DNA of 64,000 bases, taken from positions 2,172,001 to 2,236,000 of the forward strand of contig NC_087246.1 of the NCBI RefSeq assembly GCF_037042905.1, read 5' to 3'. Under the pieces are notes generated by a model, which was not told the origin of the DNA, ran no database searches, and worked only from the letters and a program-made list of their open reading frames with translations. The DNA comes from Lytechinus pictus (Eukaryota). Below, in pieces: positions 12,051 to 24,362 of this stretch (position 1 is the first letter of the stretch; every line of letters starts with the position of its first letter). The translations under genes were made by a program, and so were the position numbers.

Positions 12051-14607
12051 ACGATAATAGAAAGTTAGAAATGAACAAATAAAATAGGTGTGTTCAACCC
12101 ATCTAAGCACAAGAATATTGTCCGGTGATTCGTATTCTAGCAATACCTACACATTTCTAGAGCGATATACATAAAATCATCAAGCATTCTGATAAATTTA
12201 TATGGAATGAAATACAAAAGACTCAACAAAATTATTGTGATTATTCCCGATATATTTAGGTTAGCAAACATACCTTTCTTGCTGTTTTTGTTGAAAGTCT
12301 TGCCTAAACCCCGGACTTCAAAACTACCTTCATACACGTTCGTAGTGTGAGTTTATAGGGATTGAAGCAATGCATTCGCACTCAGCCATAAGAAGGCTCT
12401 GATCTATCGATTAATATTGATTGGAACACGACGTATTGTAGTCATTATAGATAGCTTGCAATATGCTAGTCGTGTGCAAAGTTACAGTAACCTCGCGCAT
12501 ATAGGTCGTATTAGCGCTGAAAGCGATTTTGTTCTTGGTATTCACATGTTTAGAGGGGGTGGATGCAGGGGAGACGGTCGTTTGTTTCCATTTAAATAAA
12601 AAGTCCATATACAGAGTAAAGAGAAGAAGTCGGTCAAATGAGTAAGAACTTGCGGTCATACTATACTGCCCTCGACGATATTTTCATGATAGCTTATATA
12701 AATCATAGAGGTTACGTAAATGTTTATAACGGATATATTATAATTTTGATTAAAGTGTTCAGGGGTGAGGGAGGATGTAGGTCTGCATGTTGATAAAATG
12801 TATTTTATCTAGACGTGTATGCAATAATGTCACTTATATGTCTCCCCGGCGGCATACTTGCACCTATGTACTTCCATTATTATCGACAGAATAAGCCGAC
12901 GCTTGATTAATACCGTTATAATCAATTATCACACTTGCCACAACACTGTCAAAGTCTATTTTAGCCACGTTATGAATTGGCCTGCGAAGTGTAGCATGTA
13001 ACCGCCACTATACAATTGTGTTGGAGTACACCATAAAAATGAAGTTTGGTCCCCTTTGGTCTTACATCTAGACGTGAATACAATAACGTTATGCCCCCTC
13101 CCCTGCCATTAATGTTTTTTTTTATTAGACATAATTATAACTCTTTACTTCGCTTGAGTACTCTTCCATTTGTTCTCTTGTTCTGTGAAAACAAATTCTA
13201 AATCGGCCTCTCTCGCTGAGCCTTGTTACAAGCATTACAAGTCTTGCTATGCCGACAGCTGGCGCTTTTTACTTCTAATTAATTTGACAAGGTGTTGATA
13301 GTATTGTGATCCCTTTAGGCGTTTGACTTCTACGTAGGCCTACATATACTCTCCAACATGACTGAGATGGATTCCATTCACCTCGATTTGATAATGGACC
13401 TACAAGTCCATAATTTTATTGATACATTGTAATAAGAGGGAATTCGATCCTTCCAACTTTAGTCCAAGCTGATCTTTGTCGACATTCCGAGCCATACACC
13501 TTCTCACATCGGCTCGATGTCGTGTCATAAGTTTTTAGGGACCAAGCAAGGCGTATCGGGCATAATTTCCCCGAGATTGTAGATCGAGCAAACGATAATA
13601 TTGAATTTTGAAATGAAAATTTTGTAATAGATTTTGACATAATAATAAGGAATTGATATGATATTTCACCCTTTCCCCTTCGTTTCCTTTATCTTTTTAG
13701 TTGGTCATGAACATTTTTTTTGGGGGGGGGGGCAGTCCTTCCCCATTATACACCAGCGTTTACTGATTTTTTCCTTTTGAGTCGATTTCGCGATTAAAGC
13801 TTTCTAGATATCTCGAGGTATCAAACAGAAACATTGTACACTTGAGTAAGTTTTTACGTAGGCCTACCTTTTGATTATTGGAAAAGAGGATTTGCATACT
13901 CGAGTTGCTTTGGAATTTTGAATCTTTGTGTTGATTGTGGGACTCGGCCTCCTTTCACTGATGCGTACTTTCATGCTTGGATTCTCTTTTTGAATGCTTG
14001 AGAACAGATTTTCGTGGGCATATTGGTTGATATACAGCATATGTTTTACGTATTTCGGTTGTTTCGCCACATGCTATGTAACTTTTCTCGACGACACGGG
14101 AAAAAAACACCTGTAATGGTTGCAGCCTGTATGTACCGCCGAATATGGCATCGGCAAGGCGGGTTCCGTTTCTTAGCAGTCTCTGAAGTGATGTCTTTTT
14201 CCAGACGAACCTTCCCCTCTCAAAATTATGGCATTTATTACAACAAAATATTACTTGGATTACATACTGCCTTATCTGAAAAACCTCAATACTTAAAAAA
14301 TCCCTATATTAAGACCATCGTAAGCATTACTAGACCTTCGCTTTTTTAAGCTTCGAACTTTAAGATAAGATGGATCCATATCGGACCCGTTTCAATGTCT
14401 ATATATGTTCATAATCACACCCCTTTAGTTATGAGTGGCCGTCAATAGTGAATGCTTACCTTAATAGTTTCCTTGTTCCCATCTTGAATTCAATGATAGA
14501 ATCACGTCTTCCTGTATGAGATCTATAAAAAAAAATGTGACATATGTGTTCCCCAGCTTTATCCTCCCAGCTAGCGAATAGGCTTATGATAACTTTGATT
14601 ATAGGGT

Positions 14608-14625
14608 GGGGGCGTCGTGGTCTAG
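14608..14625 (+). mobile_element. 5' fragment (A box) of a tRNA-derived SINE split by an insertion
   Basis: GGGGCGTCGTGGTCTAG is a tRNA-like 5' end/A box that joins naturally to TTAAGACTCCCGTCTTTCAATC at 16313. Confidence 0.6.
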
Positions 14626-15269
14626 ACGGTGAATTATCGGATGGTCTAATACCACTTGGTCTACATATAATATCAGTTCGTCCAACTTCACATGGTCTTA
14701 CCTATTTCGTCTAATTTTCATTTCGTCTAATTGTCACATGGTCTAATTCCCACTTGGTCTAATTTTCATTTCGTCTAATTGTCACATGGTCTAATGACCG
14801 TTTGGTCTAATTTCCACTTGGTCTAATTGCCAAATGGTCTAATTACCACTTGGTCTAATAGCCAAATGGTCTAATGACCACTTGGTCTAATAGCCGAATG
14901 ATCTAATGGCCACTTGGTCTAATAGCCAAATGGTCTAATGCCCACTTGGGCTAATCGTCACTTGGTCTAATTTTCATTTGGTCTAATTCACACTTGGTCT
15001 AATGTCCATTTATTCTATATAACATCATTCATAATTATTTATTTCATCTAGAATTAACAAATATGGTAATACACCATGCATCAGTTAATACATGTCGCCA
15101 GGATCCGGAGGGGTAGAGCCGCGGGGTAGGGCTGGTGGGCGCAAAACCTCACCGTGGAGGACTATCGATGAATTATTCTAATGAATTATTGTAATAAAAT
15201 GGAATTCTTATAATAAGGCCTATATATCGATTATAATTATAGATGATGATGAAAATTATATCATACTCA

Positions 15270-15716
15270 AAATCGTTTTGACATTTTAAAGTTTTGCTTA
15301 ATTTCAATGAGGAGACTGATGGCGTCATCCACTCACTATTTATTTTGTATTTTATTATATAAAATAGGGAATATTCTATTTTTCTCCTCATTGTCAAGTG
15401 AACTAACGATTAATTCCTCCCTGAACACGTGGAATGAGCATTGTTTAATATGATTCAGTCAAGTTGGTCCTTATTTTCAAACTATAAAAATATATATAAA
15501 TATTGTATAATTCAAACAATATAAAAACAAAAGAAATGGTGAGTGAGGGACATCGTCGACTGTCTCATTTGAGTTGTGCATAATTATCACTGTTTTGTGA
15601 AAAATAAACAAAATCTAAAATATCATAACTTTCTTATTTTACATCTTTCAGCATTATGCTTGTTTCATTTTTCTCAATTTATTCCAATCAACATTTTTCT
15701 GGGGTGGACTTGACCT
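15270..15716. mobile_element. Truncated Kolobok-like MITE nested in the foldback element
   Basis: Right end GGGGTGGACTTGACCT|TTAA (TTAA at 15717-15720); internal inverted CACTCACTATT / AATGGTGAGTG; the left terminus is not visible. Confidence 0.5.
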
Positions 15717-15722
15717 TTAAAA

Positions 15723-15749
15723 ATCCCCATATTTTCAAAATATGGGGAT
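15723..15749. repeat. Perfect 13-bp inverted repeat with 1-nt spacer
   Basis: ATCCCCATATTTT C AAAATATGGGGAT. Confidence 0.85.
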
Positions 15750-16312
15750 GGAAATATACGTCACTCTAACTGTACTCCAATATCGCGGGGCGCACGTGTG
15801 AAGATTCGAAGCCGGTGCGCGGAAAGTAACTTTAAAAATTTCACCAGAAAATTGAAAAAAAGTCACCAAACTTTACAAATTAGACCAAGTGGCATGTAGA
15901 CGAAATGAATGTTAGACTATCTGGAAATTTAACAAAGTGGAAATTAGCCGAAGTGGAAATTAGACCAAGTGGAAATTAGCCGAAATGGAAATTAGACCAA
16001 CTGCACATTAGACCTACTGAATAATGGACCAAGTGAGGATTAGACCAACAGCACATTAGACCAACCGTAATATAGACCAAATGAATTATGGACCAAGTGA
16101 CGATTAGCCCAACTGGGCATTATACCAATTGGCTATTAGACCAAGTGGTCATTAGACCAATTGGCTATTAGACCAAGTGGTCATTAGACCAATCGGCTAT
16201 TAGTCCAAGTGGTCATTAGACCAAAAGAGAATTGGACTAAGTGGGTTTAGCCTGAATGTTGTTAGCCCATCTGATGATTAGACCAAGTGATATTAGACCC
16301 GTCAGTAAACCG

Positions 16313-16565
16313 TTAAGACTCCCGTCTTTCAATCTGAAGGAAGTATGTTCAATTCCATGGCGTGTTTTCCTTCAGCAAGAAATGTATCCACATTGTGCTG
16401 CACTCAACCCAGGTGAGGCAAATGGGTACCGACAGGAAGTAATTCCTCAAAAAAGCTGTACGCACCAGAATCGGTAGACTAGCTTAGCCGGGGTAATATA
16501 GGAGCGCCTTATATAGCAAGGTGGATACGTGCGCTATATAAATCCTAGTTTATTTTATCATTTAT
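16313..16565 (+). mobile_element. Body and 3' tail of a tRNA-derived SINE (SINE2)
   Basis: Degenerate B box GTTCAATTCC (16347-16356), central TTCCTTCAGCAAG...CTCAACCCAGGTG...AAATGGGTACC, and an L2/CR1-like tail GTGCGCTATATAAATCC followed by a (TTA)-rich end. Confidence 0.75.
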
Positions 16566-16714
16566 TTATAATTATTGTACATAGAAATTTGCTATTTATT
16601 ATGTTTTTGCTGCTTTAAATTGTACATAAAATTTACGAAACAAATTGTTAATGTTGGAATGGAAATGAAAATATTAAATGATAATTCTTGATATCCCGGA
16701 AAGTTTCATATGAT

Positions 16715-16762
16715 AAGAATGATAATAACAATAATAATAGTAATGATAATGATAACAATAAT
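16715..16762 (+). repeat. Imperfect (AAT/GAT)n microsatellite
   Basis: aagaatgataataacaataataatagtaatgataatgataacaataat. Confidence 0.7.
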
Positions 16763-17197
16763 ATTTCAGTATTTTGGACTCAAAATTTTGTGAATGTGCC
16801 ATCATTTTGCTTGATAATATTCATATCCGACGCGAGTAACTTATTTCTTTGTTTTGTCTTGTTCATGCATGTCTTTATCTTATCTTATCTTCTCTTATCT
16901 TTCTACATACCAGTGGAAAACAATTTTTTTTGTAATTTTCATGTTGCGAAGACAAAATAAAATATCTTGTATCTTGTTCGAAGACGTCTTTGCTAATGAA
17001 GACGAACCATGGACAGACCGAGTTTGCTTGTCAGTGAGACCATTATGGAGTCAGCGCCTTTATTAGCTTCTTCGACCGATTTCAATCTCGGTGGTGTCAT
17101 TCATCTCTTCAAATATACTTAGCACGTTTTGAAGTCGGTTGTGACATACGGGGGGAAATATTCCTTAGATTTAGTAGCTTTAACCACCCGGGAATGA

Positions 17198-17255
17198 AAA
17201 TAATAATAATGATGATGACAACAACAAAGAACAACAACATCAACAACAATAACAA
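17198..17255 (+). repeat. Compound (AAT)(GAT)(AAC)n microsatellite at the left boundary of the array
   Basis: aataataataatgatgatgacaacaacaaagaacaacaacatcaacaacaataac, directly abutting the first AACTAG. Confidence 0.8.
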
Positions 17256-17297
17256 CTAGATTTTAATTCGTCATGCGGACGAATTAGGTGGTCTGTC
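17254..17297 (-). mobile_element. Helentron-type 3' terminus (subTIR, stem-loop, CTAG-TT); seven copies in the window
   Basis: Minus strand reads GACAGACCACC-TAATTCGTC-CGCAT-GACGAATTA-AAAT-CTAG-TT: perfect 9-bp stem with 5-nt loop, 4 nt before CTAG. Confidence 0.82.
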
Positions 17298-17581
17298 CTT
17301 ATTCTCGCCATCATGATCACTATTACCATGTTCAAGCAGATCAATATGATCTTCATGATGACAACGGAATGTTCATTATGGATGGAATACTTGTGAAAGT
17401 CGGGAGATGATAATGCACTGTGAAAAGGGTCTCTTTGATATATGAAAATACATGTGATATGAAAATAGTAATTATAATCTGTTTAATCTTGCTAAATTTT
17501 AACTTTCATACCTTTTAAATACCATAAAGGATCATGTACGAGGTGGTAAAAAGAAAAAAAAATGAAAAAAAAAATCATCTT

Positions 17582-17653
17582 GTTCACCCCAGGACTCGAA
17601 CCTGCGCCCCCGAGAACTCAAGTCAAGTGCGTTATCCATTGAGCCACGATATT
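17582..17653 (-). ncRNA. tRNA-derived Pol III cassette (pseudo-tRNA), array A unit 1
   Basis: A box TGGCTCAATGG (17646-17636), B box GGTTCGAGTCC (17602-17592), T-arm CAGG/CCTG, followed by oligo-T runs. Anticodon and acceptor stems do not pair, so it is not a functional tRNA. Confidence 0.65.
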
Positions 17654-18172
17654 CCCCATAGAGATTTCACGTTCCCAAAGAGATTACACGTAAGCAAATT
17701 TGAGAATTGCAAATTCAATTTTGCAAGCGAAAAACGGGCATGATCCCGGCATCTGATCAAAAAATCGAGGGCACACTTCCGAAAGCTGAGAATCTCAGCT
17801 AATACATATTCAAAGCTCAGAGATAACTGACAAAAGAAAATGGAGATATAGCTCACAAAATAGAGGAATGTAGAATCTAGTTTTGAGAAAAAGTCATGTC
17901 CCATAGAGATTACACGTAAAATGAGGAAAAATGACATGCCTCTTTTCATCGCAATTTTACACCATGATGCATTTTTCAAAATGAAAATTCATGATTATTG
18001 ACGAGAAAGAGTACATTCTAAACTACAACATATCGAAATCTGGGCGAAAAATGATCAATATTCACCGAGTTATGATCAAATTTGCATAAATTTGATGACG
18101 TCATTTTTGAAAAAATGAAATTTTCAGTTTAGGCGCAATTTTGATGACGTCATGATCAAATTGAGGGACAAT

Positions 18173-18412
18173 GGGTGATTTCAAGTTCAGTGTTGACCTT
18201 TTGGTGTTGGTGTTAGGTCAATTTTTACGCGATTATAACACCAAACATAAAATGAAGATGGTCACGAAAAGTCACTCACTAGTTGTTGAGATGTCATTAA
18301 TGTGATCTGGATCAGTTTTGCAAACTCTGAATAAGTTTTGGGGCTAGGGGAAGCAATCCAAATTTCAACACCAACATCAACACCAAGGCCAACACCGGAC
18401 TTGAAATCACCC
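18173..18412. mobile_element. 240-bp MITE with GGG...CCC ends and AAT TSD (PIF/Harbinger-related group)
   Basis: TIR GGGTGATTTCAAGTTCAGTGTTGACC / GGCCAACACCGGACTTGAAATCACCC; AAT at 18170-18172 and 18413-18415. All other units have the empty site GGGACAATGGTGAC (GGGATAATGGTGAC in array B). Confidence 0.9.
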
Positions 18413-19436
18413 AATGGTGACATGAAATCAAATCTACAACTCATACTCTATCGATATATGAAAAAAAATTGGGGGTCAACGGACTATTTAAAGAACTACA
18501 GTGAATTCTTAATAGGCATGTTTTTGCCCATATATGGCCTATAGTAAGAGCTCGCGCGCACACGTGCTGCAAACTTTAATGGGTATTAATTTCGTTATTA
18601 ATGGTCGTAGAAGGTTGATCAAGGTATCAAATTGCTCAGAATTATATCATCAATGCAATGATATAAAAAAAACGGCGTTTCTGCGTTGCGTTGGAGGGGT
18701 TACGCGCGGAAACGCGCGCGCATACCTGTGCGTGCGCAAATTTTTGAAATGCTTGAAATGACCTGAAACGTACTTTACTTTGGTCAAAAAGTGATTTTGA
18801 GCAATTTAAAATTTTGACGCGCGCGTCGTGACCTTCAGGTGACCTTTGATGACATGACCTGTTGACTTTTGACCTGAAGTTAATGTAATATTAATTTGAA
18901 TGATTTTTGATAATTGATAATGGAGATATGATCGACAATGTGATTTCACAAAATGGCGCCTGGATGACGTCACGATGACCTGATGACCTTGGAAAAGTTG
19001 ATTTTACTTGAAATCATAGGGCTTGATGACTGACAGAAATTTGAAGGAAATTGACCATGTCGATTTCGAGTGAACGTGTGTACAAAAAAGTGTACGGAAG
19101 AAATAAAAACTAGATTTTAATTCGTCATGCGGACGAATTAGGTGGTCTGTCCTTATTCTCGCCATCATGATCACTATTACCATGTTCAAGCAGATCAATA
19201 TGATCTTCATGATGACAACGGAATGTTCATTATGGATGGAATACTTGTGAAAGACGGGAGATGATAAAGCACTGTGAAAAGGGTCTCTTTGATATATGAA
19301 AATACATGTGATATGAAAAAAGTTATTATAATCTGTTTAATCTTGCTAAATTTTAACTTTCATACCTTTTAATTATCATAAAGGATCATGTACGACGTGG
19401 TAAAAAGAAAAAAAAAATGAAAAAAAAAATCGTCTT

Positions 19437-19509
19437 GTTCACCCCCAGGACTCGAACCTGCGCCCCCGAGAACTCAAGTCAAGTGCGTTATCCATTGAGC
19501 CACGATATT
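19437..19509 (-). ncRNA. tRNA-derived Pol III cassette, array A unit 2
   Basis: Same A box, B box and downstream T-run as unit 1. Confidence 0.65.
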
Positions 19510-21059
19510 CCCCATAGAGATTACACGTTCCCATAGAGATTACACGTAAGCAAATTTGAGAATTACAAATCCAATTTTGCAAGCGAAAAACGGGCATGAT
19601 CCTGACATCTGATCGAAAAATGGAGGGCACACTTCCGAAAGCTTAGAATCTCAGCTACATCAAACCAAAAACTCAGGGATAACTAACAAGAAAAAATGGA
19701 GATATACCTCACGAAATAGAGGAATGTAGAATCTAGTTTTGAGAAAAAGTCATGTCCCATAGAGATTACACGTAAAATGAGGAAAAATGACATGCCTCTT
19801 TTCATCGCAATTTTACACCATGATGCGTTTTTCAAAATGAAAATTCATGTATACTGACGAGAAAGAGTTCATTCTAAACTACAATATATCGAAATCTGGG
19901 CGACAAATGATCAATATTCACGGAGTTATGATCAAATTTGCATAAATTTGATGACGTCATTTTTGAAAAAATGAAATTTTCAGTTTAGGCGCAATTTTGA
20001 TGACGTCATGATCAAATTGAGGGACAATGGTGACATGAAATCAAATTTACAACTCATACTCTATCGATATATGAAAAAAAATTGGGGGTCAACGGACTAT
20101 TTAAAGAGCTACAGTGAATTTTTAATAGGCATGTTTTTGCCCGTATATGGCCTATAGTAAGAGCTCGCGCGCACACGTGCTGCAAAGTTTAACGGGTGTT
20201 AATTTCGTTATTAATGGTCGTAGAAGGTTGATCAAGGTATCAAATTGCTCAGAATTATATTATCAATGCAACGATATAAAAAAAACGGCGTTTCTGCGTT
20301 GCTTTGAAGGCGTTACGCGCGGAAACGCGCGCGCATACCTGTGCGTGCGCAAATTTTTGAAATGCTTAAAATGACCTAAAACGTACTTTACTTTGGTCAA
20401 AAAGTGATTTTGAGCATTTTAAATATTTGACGAGCGCGTACGCGCGCGTCGTGACCTCCAGGTGACCTTTGATGACATGACCTGTTGACCCTTGACCTGA
20501 AGTTGATGTGATGGTAATTTGATCGATTTTTGATAATTGATAATGGAGATATGATCGACAATGTGATTTTACAAAATGGCGCCTGGATGACGTCATCATG
20601 ACCTGATGACCTTGAAAAAGTTGATTTTACTTGAAATCATACGGCTTGATGACTGACAGAAATTTGAAGGAAATTGACCATGTCGATTTCGAGTGAACGT
20701 GTGTACAAAAAAGTGTACGGAAGAAATAAAAATAAACTAGATTTTAATTCGTCATGCGGACGAATTAGGTGGTCTGTCCTTATTCTCGCCATCATGATCA
20801 CTATTACCATGTTCAAGCAGATCAATATGATCTTCATGATGACAACGGAATGTTCATTATGGATGGAATACTTGTGAAAGACGGGAGATGATAAGGCACT
20901 GTGAAAAGGGTCTCTTTGATATATATAAATACATGTGATATGAACAAAGTAATTATAATCTGTTTAATCTTGCTAAATTTTAACTTTCATACCTTTTAAT
21001 TATCATAAAGGATCATGTAAGAGGTGGTAAAAATAAAAAAAAAAAAAAAAAATCATCTT

Positions 21060-21132
21060 GTTCACCCCCAGGACTCGAACCTGCGCCCCCGAGAACTCAA
21101 GTCAAGTGCGTTATCCATTGAGCCACGATATT
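21060..21132 (-). ncRNA. tRNA-derived Pol III cassette, array A unit 3
   Basis: Same A and B boxes; longer uninterrupted T-run downstream. Confidence 0.65.
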
Positions 21133-22666
21133 CCCCATAGAGATTACACGTAAGCAAATTTGAGAATTACAAATTCAATTTTGCAAGCGAAAAACGGGCA
21201 TGATCCTGGCATCTGATCGAAAAATGGAGGGCACACTTCCGAAAGCTTAGAATCTCAGCTACATCATACCAAAAGCTCAGGGATAACTAACAAGAAAAAA
21301 TGGAGATATAGCTCACGAAATAGAGGAATGTAGAATCTAGTTTTGAGAAAAAGTCATGTCCCATAGAGATTACACGTAAAATGAGGAAAAATGACATGCC
21401 TCTTTTCATCGCAATTTTACACCATGATGCATTTTTCCAAATGAAAATTCATGGATACTGACGAGAAAGAGTACATTCTAAACTACACCATATCGAAATC
21501 TAGGCGTAAAATTATCAATATTCACGGAGTTATGATCAAATTTGCATAAATTTGATGACGTCATTTTTGAAAAAATGAAATTTTCAGTTTAGGCGCAATT
21601 TTGATGACGTCATGATCAAATTGAGGGACAATGGTGACATGAAATCAAATCTAAAACTCATACTCTATCGATATATGAAAAAAAATTGGGGGTCAACGGA
21701 CTATTTAAAGAGCTACAGTGAATTTTTAATAGGCATGTTTTTGCCCATATATGGCCTATAGTAAGAGCTCGCGCGCACACGTGCTGCAAAGTTTAACGGG
21801 TGATAATTTCGGTATTACTTGTCGTAGAAGGTTGATCAAGGTATCAAATTGTTCAGAATTATATTATCGGTGTATTGATATAAAAAAATTAGGCGATTCT
21901 GTGTTGAAAGATGCAATTACGTGCGAAAACGCGCGCGCATGTGCGTGCGCGCGTTTTTTTTTTAAATGCTTAAAATGGCCTGAAACGTATGGAAAATTAA
22001 TTTGGAACGAATTTGAGCATTTTAAAATTTTAATGCGCGCGTACGTGCGCGTCGAGGTGCGCGCGCGGAATTTGATGAAATTTTTAGTTGACCGTTGACC
22101 TGAAGTTGATGTATACCAAATATAGTTGATTTTTGATTACTCGTTATCGAGATATGATAATGACCTGATTTTTACAAAATGGCGCCTGGATGACGTCACG
22201 ATGACCTAATGACCTTGAAAAAGTTGATTTAACTTGAAATCATAGGGCTTGATGACTGACAGAAATTTGAAGGAAATTGACCATGTCGATTTCGAGTGAA
22301 CGTGTGTACAAAAAAGTGTACGGAAGAAATAAAAATAAACTAGATTTTAATTCGTCATGCGGACGAATTAGGTGGTCTGTCCTTATTCTCGCCATCATGA
22401 TCACTATTACCATGTTCAAGCAGATCAATATGATCTTCATGATGACAACGGAATGTTCATTATGGATGGAATACTTGTGAAAGACGGGAGATGATAAAGC
22501 ACTGTGAAAAGGGTCTCTTTGATATATGAAAATACATGTGATATGAAAAAAGTAATTATAATCTGTTTAATCTTGCTAAATTTTAACTTTAATACCTTTT
22601 AATTATCATAAAGGATCATGTACGACGTGGTAAAAAGAAAAAAAAAATGAAAAAAAAAATCGTCTT

Positions 22667-22739
22667 GTTCACCCCCAGGACTCGAACCTGCGCCCCCGAG
22701 AACTCAAGTCAAGTGCGTTATCCATTGAGCCACGATATT
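22667..22739 (-). ncRNA. tRNA-derived Pol III cassette, array A unit 4
   Basis: Copy of unit 2 at +3230. Confidence 0.65.
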
Positions 22740-24289
22740 CCCCATAGAGATTACACGTTCCCATAGAGATTACACGTAAGCAAATTTGAGAATTACAAAT
22801 CCAATTTTGCAAGCGAAAAACGGGCATGATCCTGACATCTGATCGAAAAATGGAGGGCACACTTCCGAAAGCTTAGAATCTCAGCTACATCAAACCAAAA
22901 ACTCAGGGATAACTAACAAGAAAAAATGGAGATATACCTCACGAAATAGAGGAATGTAGAATCTAGTTTTGAGAAAAAGTCATGTCCCATAGAGATTACA
23001 CGTAAAATGAGGAAAAATGACATGCCTCTTTTCATCGCAATTTTACACCATGATGCGTTTTTCAAAATGAAAATTCATGTATACTGACGAGAAAGAGTTC
23101 ATTCTAAACTACAATATATCGAAATCTGGGCGACAAATGATCAATATTCACGGAGTTATGATCAAATTTGCATAAATTTGATGACGTCATTTTTGAAAAA
23201 ATGAAATTTTCAGTTTAGGCGCAATTTTGATGACGTCATGATCAAATTGAGGGACAATGGTGACATGAAATCAAATTTACAACTCATACTCTATCGATAT
23301 ATGAAAAAAAATTGGGGGTCAACGGACTATTTAAAGAGCTACAGTGAATTTTTAATAGGCATGTTTTTGCCCGTATATGGCCTATAGTAAGAGCTCGCGC
23401 GCACACGTGCTGCAAAGTTTAACGGGTGTTAATTTCGTTATTAATGGTCGTAGAAGGTTGATCAAGGTATCAAATTGCTCAGAATTATATTATCAATGCA
23501 ACGATATAAAAAAAACGGCGTTTCTGCGTTGCTTTGAAGGCGTTACGCGCGGAAACGCGCGCGCATACCTGTGCGTGCGCAAATTTTTGAAATGCTTAAA
23601 ATGACCTAAAACGTACTTTACTTTGGTCAAAAAGTGATTTTGAGCATTTTAAATATTTGACGAGCGCGTACGCGCGCGTCGTGACCTCCAGGTGACCTTT
23701 GATGACATGACCTGTTGACCCTTGACCTGAAGTTGATGTGATGGTAATTTGATCGATTTTTGATAATTGATAATGGAGATATGATCGACAATGTGATTTT
23801 ACAAAATGGCGCCTGGATGACGTCATCATGACCTGATGACCTTGAAAAAGTTGATTTTACTTGAAATCATACGGCTTGATGACTGACAGAAATTTGAAGG
23901 AAATTGACCATGTCGATTTCGAGTGAACGTGTGTACAAAAAAGTGTACGGAAGAAATAAAAATAAACTAGATTTTAATTCGTCATGCGGACGAATTAGGT
24001 GGTCTGTCCTTATTCTCGCCATCATGATCACTATTACCATGTTCAAGCAGATCAATATGATCTTCATGATGACAACGGAATGTTCATTATGGATGGAATA
24101 CTTGTGAAAGACGGGAGATGATAAGGCACTGTGAAAAGGGTCTCTTTGATATATATAAATACATGTGATATGAACAAAGTAATTATAATCTGTTTAATCT
24201 TGCTAAATTTTAACTTTCATACCTTTTAATTATCATAAAGGATCATGTAAGAGGTGGTAAAAATAAAAAAAAAAAAAAAAAATCATCTT

Positions 24290-24362
24290 GTTCACCCCCA
24301 GGACTCGAACCTGCGCCCCCGAGAACTCAAGTCAAGTGCGTTATCCATTGAGCCACGATATT
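24290..24362 (-). ncRNA. tRNA-derived Pol III cassette, array A unit 5
   Basis: Copy of unit 3 at +3230. Confidence 0.65.

Larger units (their letters stand above)
14626..16313. mobile_element. Foldback TIR element with 18-bp subterminal tandem arrays
   Basis: Left arm ~14640-15010 is an array of (CACT/T)TGGTCTAAT at 18-bp period; right arm ~15880-16300 is the reverse complement (ATTAGACCAAGTG). Outer ACGGT (14626-14630) / ACCGT (16309-16313). Exact ends and TSD ambiguous. Confidence 0.8.

Noticed and set aside
12808..13100. Direct repeat TCTAGACGTG(T/A)AT(G/A)CAATAA at ~12808 and ~13067
   Set aside because: Short and imperfect, with no further structure I could support.
14640..16300. CRISPR-like repeat-spacer array
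   Set aside because: The 18-bp period has no unique spacers, the two arrays are inverted arms of a transposon, the context is eukaryotic and there are no cas genes.
17582..17653. Functional tRNA gene (CT-TGA-GT loop suggests Ser-TGA)
   Set aside because: Anticodon stem CTTGA/TCTCG and the acceptor stem do not pair, and there is no long variable arm; reported as a tRNA-derived cassette instead.
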